A stretch of DNA of 64,000 bases from Amphiscolops sp. MND2022 (GCA_964187785.1 OZ076409.1:91514001-91578000), one strand, 5' to 3'. Shown: positions 12,201 through 24,533, counted from the first letter of the stretch. The notes: generated by a model from the sequence alone, not told the origin. Program-made: numbers and translations.

Positions 12201-13163
12201 GGCAAAACTAGTGAGTTTCCGACTTTCCGTATTCGATGCCGAGAGTTTATGGATCAGCTAGTCAGTATTATCTTGAAAGGTCCAAGTGCCTCATCGCGTG
12301 TGTCACGGGGTATTTATAGCTTTTGTCCTGAGCTATTGCTGGAGGGTGATGGTCAGCTTGTTTTCCAGTTGTTTCCGGACCTATGCCGTGTTCTAGAGTC
12401 ATGTGGCTGTCTGTCTTCAGATGATTCTAAGGCTGCAGTTGAAGAATTTAGCAGTTATGTGGTGGAGAAGCGAAATCAGCACGAACGGTCCATGGGAGTG
12501 GCCAGTGAAATTCCCAACATGGTCGATTGGCTGCTACGAGATTTTAGTTTCTTAGCTCGACATCGCGTCTGCCGCGTTTTGAAGCTATGTGTATTGGTGA
12601 CTGGAAGACCTCGCGCAGTTTATCCGGCTGTGAATTTTGACCTTAGCGGTAGCAAGTTGAGTATAGCCAAGTTCCAAGAATGTCTACATTTAGTTCAGAG
12701 CTACGTGTTGAGTCCGGGGTATGAGCACCAGTCTTTCTTCACTGAGCCTACTATGGAAGCTGTGCAGGATGCTATCAGTAATGCTGGCGTATTCTATGTT
12801 GCTCCGAATTTTGATTTGTGGGCCGATTTTTGTGGGGCGAGTGTTTCAGATTTCATCTCCCAATATAGTCGTTTGTATGATGCCTTTTTGTTGGCACAGC
12901 GGAAATCATATGAGATTCAGTATGTGGAGAAGAATAAAGCGAACCGGCTTGCTCGTGCTCAACAGATGTCAACAAGTGCTATTGCTGTCGGCGCTGTTGC
13001 TTCGGGTTCTGGGAAGAACAAGGTGGGAGGTCAGCGGTCTACGTCAGGGTCAACAACGAGCAGCAATAAAGAGGCTGCAAGTGGTTTTGTGGTGTCAAAA
13101 ACCAGGAAAAAATCGTCAAAAGATGATGATCCTGATGTTCGGCATAGGATAAAGAAGTTTTGA
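9218..13163 (+). CDS. Spliced antisense accessory gene of element A (~1055 aa): zinc finger plus degenerate hAT-transposase-like body. Exons 9218-9341, 9458-9793, 9881-9994, 10094-10204, 10316-10899, 11033-11653, 11761-11842, 11968-13163
   Basis: Introns with compatible phases join into one open frame; all are GT..AG except a GA donor at 11654. Exon sizes 124, 621 and 82 nt are identical in element B. CRVC...H...H finger. Confidence 0.85.
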
Positions 13164-13322
13164 ACTTTGTTATTGATGTGAACTGGTGAACTTAGTCTTG
13201 TTTTTCTTCTTTTCTTGGCCAAGATCCTTTATTTTATGTTGCTTTAGTTAGTTGATTTTTCTAATGAAAAGAAAAATTGACGTTGCCATTCCGGTTCGGT
13301 TTGGTTCTCTGATCGTTTTTAT

Positions 13323-16300
13323 TCAGTTTTGAGGTTGAGAATTCTCTTCCGCAGTGATTGCGTCCAGCATCCTAAAGTCGGGGTGCGCATTAGGTTTAGG
13401 ATTAGGACGTAAGTTATATCTTCCTGCTTTCCTCGGGTTGTATCCGACAACTATAGGCGGAAGTGTAGGCGGTATGGGAGGGTTTTCCATAGGCGGTGGG
13501 GTCATTATGAAAGGGTTATCGCTGACATCTAGGTTGGGCGACGTTTCATTTCCGGAGGGAATTTGTTCTGCTGTTGAAGTTTCGTCTGCAGTTGTTATAG
13601 CTGTTTCTTGCTCCGTGGTATTTGCGTCTTCCGCTGGCAGCTCTGTGATGTTAGCTTCTTCATTTTCTCTTTCCGATGAGTTGCCGAACAGAACTTCTCC
13701 GAATTCGGTTTCCCAAGCTTGCGCGTACCAATCATCATGGGTTGTTTTAACCTCGGGATCTGGAAGCTGATCTTCCACTTTGACTGTTACGTCAGGTACT
13801 CTCTGATTGGGCGCATATAGCCTTAGGCGAATTCTATGGAGGGTTTGCGTATATCTTGTTCCTGTCCGTCTTACGACGTAATTGTTATTGGAAAGGACTT
13901 TGACCACTATATATGGTCCTGTCCAAATGCAATCTTTGAAAGCGAATTTCATTGACTGGTTATCAGCCTTCGGGTTCAGGACGTAGCAATAGTCATTGAT
14001 TTTCAATGGCGTTGCTGTCGCTTTCTTATCATAATATCGCTTATACTTCAAATATGATTGCATGAGGTTGTCCTTGGCTGACTGGTGGATTTCAGCGATT
14101 TGCTTTTGTAATTCGTCCGTAAGGTCTTCGTTAGCGTCTTTTTTCCATTCTGGTTTGAGTCCCAGCTTGATATCCAGAATGTTGTACGGAATGCGTCCGT
14201 GAAATACGGTTGTTGGTTCGCACCCTAGGCTTTCGTGGTAACTAGTGTTGTAGTTCATTACTGCAATTTGTACGTATTTGTGCCACATCAAACGGCGTTC
14301 TCCCGTTGATATTTTAAGGGACGTCTTTAGAGATGCATGCGTTCTCTCGAGTATTCCAATCGTTTGTGCATGTTTCGTCGATGCGTGGCTAATCCGTATG
14401 TCCAGTGTTTGTGCTATTTGGTTCACGACATCTGATCGGAATTGTGATCCTTTATCAGTTAGAATCACTGTAGGCAGATAACAGTGGCGTGTCATAACGT
14501 CAATTATGCATCGTCCGACGGTTCTGGCAGTCATGTCTTGTGTAGGGTATGCGAATAGGTAGCGAGGAGAGAAAACGTCCATCATGGTTATGATGTGTTT
14601 GTAGCCATTTGATGCGGGTAGGTTGGGTAGTATATCGACTTCTAGACAATCTTCTGGTCCAAATGTGAATTCTGTATTACTCAGCATTTTAGGACGTATT
14701 TGGCGCGTGTCGATTCGCTTGTTGGCTATGCAGTCTGGGCAGTTGATGACCCAGGCTCGGATTTTTCGCGCTAGTCCCGGGTAGTAGTACTTTGCTCGGC
14801 TTTCCTGAATCATTTTGGTTATTCCTGGATGTTTGTTCATTTTTCCGTGTAGCGTCGATAAGAGCTCTGGTACGATGTGTTTCGGTATGAGAATTTGGTG
14901 ATGTGTTACTGTGCCATCTTCTCCGTAGTATTTACGCATGAGTACTCCGTCTTTGACTATTATTCTTTCTTCGTGACGTAGTAGGTTCCGTCCTCTAGGT
15001 TCGGTCTTGAGGAGATGTTTGTCGTACTCTTCATGAAGCAGCCGTAGTTTCAATGCTTTCAATATCGGGTCCGCGTCCTGTTCGTTGCGGATGCGGGCGT
15101 TTTCCTTGATGGCTCCAAAGGCGTATACTGCTGAGTTGAGAGGTATGTGCACTGTTTCTGTGACTTCCGTTGTCAAGTTTTGTTGTTCCTTTTCGTCTAT
15201 TGCTCGTTGCTTGCTAAGGGCTTTCCTGGCGAAAATTTCTTGTTCTGATTCCTCTTCTTCGTCTGGCAGGAAAAAGAGTTGTTCTTCGTCCGCAACATCT
15301 GTAGACTGTAGGTTAACCTCGATAGGTGCCGTTATGATGTCGTCTCGCAATTTGAGTTGGATTCTCTCTTTTGAAGTTAATTCGAGGCGGGACAGGAAGT
15401 CGGCTGCTGTATTTTGCGAGCCAGCTACGTGCATGATGCGGAATTTGAACTGGAGTACGTAGTCGCAGGCATTCCAGAGAGCGGGTGGCGTTGTTTTCGT
15501 CTGGAAAAATCTCGTTACTGATCTGTTGTCTGTCAGTACTAGTGTAGGTAGTGTTGTTTCCCAGAGAATGTGACTATATTCAAGGAATGCATGATATATT
15601 GCGAGGAATTCTTTACAGTATATCGACATCTTCAGTTGTGACGGAGAGAACACGCGTGATCCAAAAGCTACAGGGGCGAAGGTTTTTCTTTTGGAGAGTA
15701 GTTTTTTGTCGTCGTTTTCTTCGATCATGAGCGCATATCCGGATGCTCGGAAGCTAGCATCCGTCATCAGTACATATTGTTTTCCTGCAATCGGCTGTCT
15801 GAGTGCAAGTCCACAGGCCTCCGCTAGGCTCGCGTTAATCGCTTTGAAGTTGTCGACTAGTTCTTCAGATATGGTGATTTTGGCATCTGCTTTTAGGAGT
15901 TCGTACATTCCAATCATTTTTTCGGACAATCTTGGTATGTAGTTTCTGTAGTAGTTGATGAATCCAATGTATTTCTGGACTTGTTTCTTTGACCGGGGAA
16001 ATCTGATTTTTGACAAGAAACTGGTGATTTTGTGGCCTTGCGGTGCTACTCCGTGGGGTGTGATGGTTCTTCCCAGGAATTCGATTTGGGTGACACCAAA
16101 GTGGCATTTTTGAATTGTGAGTTTTAGTCCTGCCTTGCGGATGCATTTGAAGACTGCTCTGATGTTCTTAATGAGTTGTTTCGTTGTGTTGGCAGCGATT
16201 CCAATGTCGTCTACATATTGGGTACACTGGTCTGCTTTGATGACGGTGTCGAGGTATTCCCGCATGAAGCTCGAAAAGGCTGACAAGGCTCTACTAAGGC

Positions 16301-18537
16301 CTTGGGCTAGCCTACGATAGGCAAACGTTCTACTGGCAAAATTAAATGCAAGGAGTTCTACTGACCTTTGATCTGCCATTTGGAGGCAGTGATAGGCTTG
16401 TGAGCAATCTAGTTTGCAGAACAGCTGCTTCCCCGCTAGGTGTTGTGCGGCATCTGAGAGGGTGCTGATGGGGTGGTTGTTGTTTATGTAGTCATCTGAG
16501 ATGAGGGCGTTGATCTTCCGTAAGTCTACTAGGAGCCGTAGTTTGCCGTTGGGTTTGCGTTGCGCGAAGATGGGGCTGGCATATTTCGAGAATGGGAGGG
16601 TTGTGATGATCCCGTATTTGTGCATCAGTGCCAATTCTACTGTGAGGTCGTCCTTGAGGTTGATGGGTACGGGGAGACTCTGTGTATATACCGGTTTGTC
16701 GTTTTTGGGAGTTAGGCATACCTTGAACTGGTTGTTCATTCCGATGTCCAGTCGGTGACGTGCAAAAATGTCATTGAATTCGACTAGGGTGGACTCTAGG
16801 TTTTCACGGTCTTCTCCCGTTATTAGTGAATCATTCCATTTGAATAGCGAGAGGAATTGTGTTCTGGATTTTTCGTCTTGTTTGGGGTCCAGTTCTTCTA
16901 ATCTTTGTAGTTCGCGTAGTTCTCGTAGAATGCGTTGTTGGATGGGTGTGTGTTCCGATTCATCTCCGGGATTTTCGGGAGTTGGGAACCAGAATTTCTC
17001 TTCTGTTTGTTCTGACGAATCAACTTGCATCAGTGCATTAACGTACGCAACAACATCGTCGTGTGATCGGTGAGTAGATTGAGGGCTGCTATATCTACTG
17101 CTCGTATCAATTTCGTTTCTTCAGGTTTCAGTATTTGTAATTCTGCTAGTTTCGTATGTGGCGTTACTGTATAGGGGAAGTCTGTGGTGTTCGCTATTTT
17201 TATCGCAACTCGTTTGTCTCGGGCTGTTGTTATTGCTGGGGCTACTATGAGTTTTGCATTTTCGTCGAATTGTGGTAAAGGTTGGACTGTCCCAGTTATT
17301 GAGTGGTCATTGTTTGTGGTGATGGAAGCGTGGATGATCCGCGTGGCTTGTACTGGTATGGTGTGTTTTCTTCCGTCTTGATAGTGATGGGTTTGGGGTT
17401 GCACTTTTGTCTTTCATCTTTTAGGGCTAGAGTGATTTGTATTTTAGGAAAGTCTATTGTTCCTTGTGCAGTGTCTAGGATTGCGGAATGCTTCCGGAGG
17501 AATGCCAGGCCAATGATTGGGTAAGATGTTTTGGTCATGATGATGAAAGTTTCTTCGAACGCGTAGTCCCCGATTTTGAACTGCATTGTGTATGTTGCAC
17601 GGGCTTTTTCGAGTTCTGTGTTGGCATATTGTATCTTGAAAGGGGGTGGAGGTGCCTTCGCGATTATGGTTGCGTTGGCTTCAGTTTGTATCTTGTATGC
17701 GTCTCTTTCACTGATGACGTTGATGTAGGCTCCCGAGTCGACTAATGCATCAATTCTAGTGTTTTCAAAGTCGAGAGGAATAAAGAGCATTCTTTTCTTC
17801 TTTTTGAGGGTAATTGCCGACATTAACGGAATGTAGTCGTCGTCTTTATCATGTTGTATGAATTCTTTTATGATGTTGAGATCGTATGGCAGTTGTTGTG
17901 GGCATTCCGTTACTTCGTCGTCTTCATGATTGTTGTTCTGATTTGGCAATTCGGATGCTGTTGTGGGGGGTGATACTGTTTGATCGGCTACTCCGCGTTG
18001 TTCTTTTGCTTGTTGTGACCATATTGTTTTATCCTCAATGCAGATAATATCCTCTGCATCTATTGGTGTGGACGTGGTGGTGACGGGTGTTGGCGAGGAC
18101 TGTGTTGTCTTTTTTAGGATTGGTGACAAAGGTGTTGGTAGGGTTGTACTCTCGGTGACTTGAGCTTGAGGATTTGAAACTTGGATCTTAAAAGGGAGCT
18201 TGTTTGTGTCATAGATGGTTGGTTCATCCCAGGGATCACATCTATAGTCTCTATCATATATGTAAATGCGTTCGGTCTTTGATTCTGGTAAGGGTCTTTT
18301 TAGTGTCGCGTAGTTATCGGGTGATTCTGTTATCCATTGGGGTAGTGGTGTTGGGTCTTCTGGGTGTCGTGCATTGTGTCTAAGTATCATGCCTACGTTC
18401 CAACGACGTTGCCAATCCTGTGTCGGTTCTTCGTTGCATTCGGTCATGAAGTCTTCTTCGTAGCGATTTGGGGGGTTTTCTATTGTGTACGCCCTTGCGT
18501 CTACCGTTTCCCCGAAGCGGAGGCGCGGCGTTTTTAG
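13323..18537 (-). pseudogene. pol: pol of element A (aspartic protease, RT, RNase H, integrase) with two compensating 1-nt indels near 17370 and 17064
   Basis: ALVDSGA protease, YVDD RT, TDAS/TDN RNase H, HHCC plus DDE integrase; split into ORFs 17296-18447, 17030-17404 and 13323-17030 that are contiguous in element B. Confidence 0.93.
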
Positions 18538-18543
18538 TTTTTT
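18495..18543 (-). other. -1 programmed ribosomal frameshift signal (A AAA AAC plus stem-loop), element A
   Basis: Heptamer 18537-18543 immediately before the gag TAA; the -1 frame opens into pol. Confidence 0.8.
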
Positions 18544-19947
18544 GGCTGAATTTCGACAGTGGGGATCGGTTGTTCACTGATTTGGCTGGTAGGTATGGCA
18601 AATTCATGGCGTTTCTTTCTGGGGTCATTTGCCGCATTAGCTCCGTACCAACAGTTTTCAGTTTTGTGAAGTTTTCCACATGTGTCACATTTAGGTTTGG
18701 GCGGGTCATTTGTATTGGTAGCACCGTTTTGCGCTTTAGTTTCGTAGTAGCGTTCTTTGCGGAGTTTTCTACATTGGGCTTTGTAGTGGCCGTATTTGCC
18801 ACAGTGGAAGCAGTTTCCTCGTTGGGTGGGCTCTTTTTTTCGGTTCCGGGGGAGCAACGTCGACCGTATTTAGTGGAACTAGTATTGTTTCGTCTGGGGC
18901 GCCCAGGCCATTGAGGCGCATCTCTCTTTCGAGATGGAGGACAATGTCGTTGTACGGCTTGTCTTCGAGGTAGGCACGGTTGAGAATCTTTTTGACATGG
19001 TCCGGCATTTTGGCGTATATGGCCTTGTCTATAAATTTTTGTGCTTCAGAGCCGAACGCTTCTTTAGCCGTTTTTTGCAGTGTATCCAAAAATTCATGTA
19101 ATTTTTGTTTGGTTGGGTCAAAATGTAGCGAGTCCCATTCGCATCTCGCTTTGGCAGAAGATTGAAAATCTCCGAAGCGCCGTTTAAACGCCGTAATTAC
19201 ATCCTCTAAGTTATCTTTTTTGGCATCGTCTAAGTTGCAATATGCTTGTAGTGCATTGCCTCGTAGTAGCGAGTGGAAGTAGTTGATTTTTTGGATTTCT
19301 GTTAGATGTGGGTACATTTTTATGTTGTTCCGGAATAAGTCCTCGAAAAGTTCGAATTTTTCTGACTTACCATCGAATACAGGCAATGATGCAGTGAGTG
19401 CTTTGGGCATTGAGGGTAGGTGGGGCGGCTGGTGTATTTCCGGTTGGGGAGCGAAGAGTAGTCGTGATGTCGAAGGCCGTTCGTTGGGTGGCAAACTTTG
19501 TGGGCGGTGCGGTCGTGTTTTCTTCTTTCCGAGGTTCGTTGAGTCATTGAGGACTCCTGTCACCATGTTACGACTATTTATCGGGGTGATTTTTCGATTA
19601 GTCGCAGTGGTTTTATTTTTGATTGGTGTCGAAGTTGCATTTTCCGGGATATTTTCGGATTCAGAATCTGTTTCTTCAGTAGTAGCTATGACAGTTTGTT
19701 TTTTAACAGGAGCAGCTATTAGTTTTAGCATCTCCTTTTGATTTTCAGCTAAGATTTTGGTAAGATCAGACATGATCTCTTTTCTCAGTGAAGACTTGAT
19801 TTCCTCTAGATTTTCAGTGATTACTCTAGGAGATTTACTCGTCCCCGCTACGGGATTTAAGTTTTGGTTAGTCTCAGGTATTGGGGTCTCCATTTCAGTA
19901 GAAACTAGTTCTTCAATAGCTTTTCTCTTCTGGCTTCTAGTAGTCAT
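18534..19947 (-). pseudogene. gag: gag of element A, with a +1 indel in a homopolymer at ~18834-18840
   Basis: LPVFDGKSEKF capsid-like motif; CFHCGKYGHYKAQC and CDTCGKLHKTENC knuckles; 7 T here versus 6 T in element B. Confidence 0.9.
19553..19565 (-). other. Primer-binding site TGGTGACAGGAGT (tRNA-Leu-like)
   Basis: Abuts the 5' LTR and begins TGG; one mismatch to the complement of a typical eukaryotic tRNA-Leu(CAG) 3' end (TGGTGTCAGGAGT); identical in element B. Confidence 0.75.
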
Positions 19948-21693
19948 TTTTAGACAGAGCGAGAGAGTGATTGTTCTTTGGAAAATTTGAATTCTTCAAA
20001 GAAATATGGTTTTCAAAACGAAGTATTAACGGAGTAGATCAGGAAACAGATTAAACAGATTTACAAATCCTTAGGTATATATACTTTCACAGCATCATTT
20101 GTTCCTCACCTAAAAATTCCTAGGAATCCTTAAAATCGGTTTTGTTCAACAAAAATGCTTAATCATCCTTATTATTTCAACCCTTTTATTAATTGTTCAT
20201 GATTTAAAATTCCTAGTCACGGATCCCTTACGGAGTACTTGTTGAAATCATTTTTGTTCATTAACATCATTTCCGGTTTGATCGCGGAAAAAGGCGGCAA
20301 AACAAATGTCTAGTTGAAACTTTATCGCGGAAAGCACGCGGGCATGAACGATGATTCACTTTACGAGCGGTAAACTTTCAGCTTGCGATAAAAGAAATGA
20401 CAAGCGAAATTTGTTACGGAGATATCTCGGGCGAATTTTGGATTGATAAACTGAGATATTTGAGAAGGAACAAATGATGCTGGAAAAGTGATGAATACGA
20501 ACTAAAAAACCTGATTATTGTAAATCAGAAAACATTCAACAATAATCTATCTAACTTTACATGAATTGAGTTAGTTAACACTGACAAATGCAACAATTAA
20601 ATAGCATATGCACGAAAGCAACGTTTCTACAACGTGATTAATACACAAAATATTCTTCTAGAGAATAGGAAGAAGCACCCTTTTGTAAGGATTCGCTTTT
20701 ATCTTAATTAACAGCACGAACCTTTTAATCGATCACTAAAACGGAGAAAATCCGGGTGGAAAAAGTAAAACCTTATGATAATTTAAATATCTCGGAATAA
20801 TTCTACATGACCTCAGGAACATCCTAATGTATTTGGATAGCTTCTGTGTTTTAGAATTTTCCACGCTTGTCTTACATGTATTAACATTAGGTATAACTTC
20901 ACCTATTACAATTCACTCCGTAAACGCTCCGTAAATGCTCCCTACGTATTAAGATTGGGTATAGCTTCTTCGCATTACAATTTGCTCCGTAATCGCTCCG
21001 TACGTATTAAGATTAGGTATAGTTGAGCAGTGCTTGCTTGCGGAGACAGAGCGGACAGCGTTAACAAATTCATTCTTATTCTCTCTCTCAATTGGCGTTG
21101 CTATGGTAACTAGGGATGGTGAAAGGCGACGCTATTGGTCCGTAAAAATAGAAACATCTACTTTTCAATCAAGCTTAGTGACGTTGTCATTACGTTGTAA
21201 ATATTCTCTTAAGTTGCTTAACTGCATTCTTAAGTGGATATTCACAACTGATCAATCATTGGAAAACAATTCCACCATTCTCTTTGTATGTTCTTTCATT
21301 TTAGATCGTATGCGTTCCGTTGGGATCACGGAATTAAATATTGTTTTAGTGTTTTCATTTTAGTGTGGAGAAAAGAAAAATTGATCCCAGTGTTAAGGAT
21401 GTTTCCTTTTTAATATTTAGATTGGCATGGAATTTTCATCAGTCGAAACCGGAAGTGATGAAACGATTGCATGTGAAATCATTAAACCGGAAATTTTCTT
21501 TTTGTCTAAATCATTTTTGAATAATTTACGTTGCGCTTCCGTTAAACTTAATTCGTGCTGCTGTTTGGATAAAAAGTAAGGCATTAAATAGAGTTTACTT
21601 AATGTTGTGTAGCTCTGCCGTGTCCTTTTCCTCGCGTGAATTGCGGTATTCCTCCACAGCAAGTGAAATCCCGACCGGGAGCGGGTCGTGACA
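19566..21693 (-). repeat. 5' LTR of element A
   Basis: Adjacent to the PBS; direct repeat of 6015-8142. Confidence 0.97.
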
Positions 21694-22390
21694 GTGTAGG
21701 CAATAAACATTTATCGTTCGAAAGGGTTCACCTGGGATATTTGTTCTGGCGTTGTTTGGTCGTTTAACATTCCTTTAGCATAGATATTTTTCATACTACA
21801 TGGGTGGGTTTTAAGGTGCTGGTAATACCGAAAGCGAAAAGGTAAGAGACACTTTTATGACTGTGGCGCCAATTTATTATACCATTTCGGTCTGTCATAT
21901 TCACTAAGGATTTGACGAAAAAAAATTATATAATGAAGAACAGACTCTCCACATAATTTTTTACAAAATTCAAGAGAGCAAAGCAAAGCTTAGTGAAACA
22001 AGCCATGAACGGCCCAAGTCGGCACCCCACAGAAGGTGCAAAAAATCAAGTTTTTTAAATATGCAAAGAGACACATCTAAGAGAATCTTATGAAATTTCG
22101 AGTGCCGGAAAAGGCTCTTTTTCCTTTTCCCCCCACACTTTTGAAAGAAAACAAACTCAACATAAAGGATTATATTTGACTATATCATTCAATATTTCTT
22201 CGAATAAGTCTTTTCCTTTGTTTTGTTGTCTCCACACTATTAGAGTAGTTTTCCGCTTGAACAAAACATTCTTCACACATGTTGATTATACTTATGTTCG
22301 TATTAAGTGTTCATTGATGACTCAAAACAGGAAGCTGTTAATTTCTTCATCAAAAATGCGTAACTACGTAGGGAAAAAGTGTGAACAAAG

Positions 22391-24533
22391 TGTTACGACT
22401 GTTTATCGGGGTGGTTTTAGAAGCAGTCGCAGTAGTTTTATTTCTGATCGGTGTTGAGGTCACGTTTTCCGGAATGTTGTCGGGATCAGAATCAGACTCT
22501 TCTGCTGATCTTATTGCAGGTTGTTTTTTAGCGGTTGGGGCAATTAGTTTTAGCATTTCCTTCTGGTTTTCAGCTAAGATTTTAGTAAGATCAGACATTA
22601 TTTCCTTTCTCAGTGATAATTTTATTTCCTCTAAGTTATCCGCAGAGACTTTAGGAGATTTGCTTGTACCAGCTACAGGATTTACACTCGAAGTGTTTTC
22701 AGGTAGAGAAGTTTCTATTTCAGTTGAAATAAGCTCTTCAGCTGCTTTTCTCTTTTGACTTCTAGTGGTCATTTTCAGAGTTCAAGAACAAGGTCTTCGG
22801 AAATATTTAAATTCGTCGAAGAGATTGAGTTTTCGTTGTTATAACGGAACAAAGTTATTAGCAGTAGAACAAAAGATTGATTAAAAACTTACAACAATTT
22901 TCTACATATATATACCTTCCAAGCATCATTTGTTCCTCACCTAAAAATTCCTAGGAATCCCTAAAATCCGTTTTGTTCACTAAAAATGCTTAATCATCCA
23001 TATCATTTCAGCCCTTTAATTAATTGTTCACAATTTTAAATTCCTAGTTACGATTCCCTTGCGGAGTACTTGTTGAAATCATTTTTGTTCAACACTCCCA
23101 TTTCCGGTTTCATCACGGAAAAGGCGGCAAAATAAATGCCTAGTTTGAATTCCTATCGCAAAAGGCACGCTGACGTGAACAATGATTCACTCTCTGTCTA
23201 GCGAAGAACATCCGTTCGCAACAAAAGTATGACAAGCAAAAATGGTTACGGAAACATCGCGGATGAATTTTAGACTAAAGTGTTAAACATTTCAGAAAGA
23301 AACAAATGATGCTGGAGAGTAATTAGCACATATCGGGGATTGGGTTATTGTAACAAAACACAACTTCAGGTTGTAATTTACATGCAACAATTGGGCTAAA
23401 TACTCTGACTGTAATTTACATGCATCGATTGGTTTAAATAATATAACAAACATAATTCATCACAAACTACAACAAACATAAAATACCGTTTCAACAACGG
23501 AGAGCACCTGTTCCACATATTTTCTTCTGTCCTGATCTGCAACACGAATGTTCTAGTTGATCACGAAACGGGACAAATCCGGATGGAAAAAGTGAAAACT
23601 TGTAATGTTTTCAATGTTTTAGTGTGATTCTACATGTTCTCAGGAATGTCCTGATGTATTAGAATATTCTCTAAGTCTTAGAATTTTCCACGGTTGTTTT
23701 ACATGTATTAACATTAGGTATAGCTTCATCTATTACAATTTGCTCCGTAAACGCACCGTAAATGCTCCCTATGTATTAAGGTTGGCTATAACTTTCTCGG
23801 TTTATAATTCGCTCCGTAAGCGCTCCGTACGTATTAAGATTGAGTATAGCTTTCTTAGCTGCTAGCGGAGCAAGCTCGGAGTAAATTCGCCATCTTTAAA
23901 TTCATTCTTAGTGACGTCATCGGAATGGTTTCTTACTAGCGTGAGCGCAAATATACCGGTCTTAGCAGCGATGCTATTGGTCCGTAAAAATAGAAATACC
24001 TGTTACTCGTTTATCTGAGTGACGCTGTCATAGCGTTGTAAAAGTTTGCTCAGATTACTTGACTGTAATTTGAGAGGCTTTCTTACAACTACTTCAGATT
24101 CCAAATTGAATCTGCTATACTATTTTGATGTTCTTTTCATTTTAGATCGTATGAGTTCCGTTGGGATCGCGGAATTAAATAATTGTTTTAGTGTTTTCAT
24201 TTCAGTGTGGAAAGGAGAAAAATGATCCCAGTGTTATGAATGTCTTTCTTTCTTAATATTTAGATTGACATGGAATTTTCAGCCGTTGAAACCGGAAGTA
24301 ACAAAAATGTCTACGTGTGAAAACTTTAAACCGGAAATCTTATTTTGCTTAAAGTCATTTTGGATATTTCACGTAGTGCTTCCGTAGATTTTAATTCGTG
24401 CTGCAGTCTAGACAAAAAGGTAAGTTATTGTACAATACTTAACATTGCGTGGCTCTTCCGTGGCCTCTCCCCCTTGCGAATTTTGGGATTCCTCCACAAC
24501 AGGAAAAGTCCCGACCGGGAGCGGGTCGTGACA
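22391..24533 (-). repeat. 3' LTR of element B
   Basis: Direct repeat of 35983-38125; TG...CA termini. Confidence 0.97.

Larger units (their letters stand above)
6015..21693 (-). mobile_element. Full-length Ty3/Gypsy LTR retrotransposon, element A (15,679 bp)
   Basis: Two 2128-bp near-identical LTRs with TGTTACGAC...GTCGTGACA termini; 5-bp TSD GTGTA at 6010-6014 and 21694-21698; gag plus PR-RT-RH-IN order. Confidence 0.97.

Noticed and set aside
8048..13163. env gene in the post-pol region
   Set aside because: No signal peptide, furin/fusion motif or TM anchor; the hydrophobic ORF tails are read-through into T/G-rich introns.
10270..13163. Three separate + strand genes as listed in the ORF track (also 26779-29595)
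   Set aside because: Their ends coincide with splice sites and homology stops there; they are exons of one gene.
13354..19990. Many + strand ORFs opposite gag/pol (also 29776-36350)
   Set aside because: Shadow frames of the coding strand with no independent motifs.
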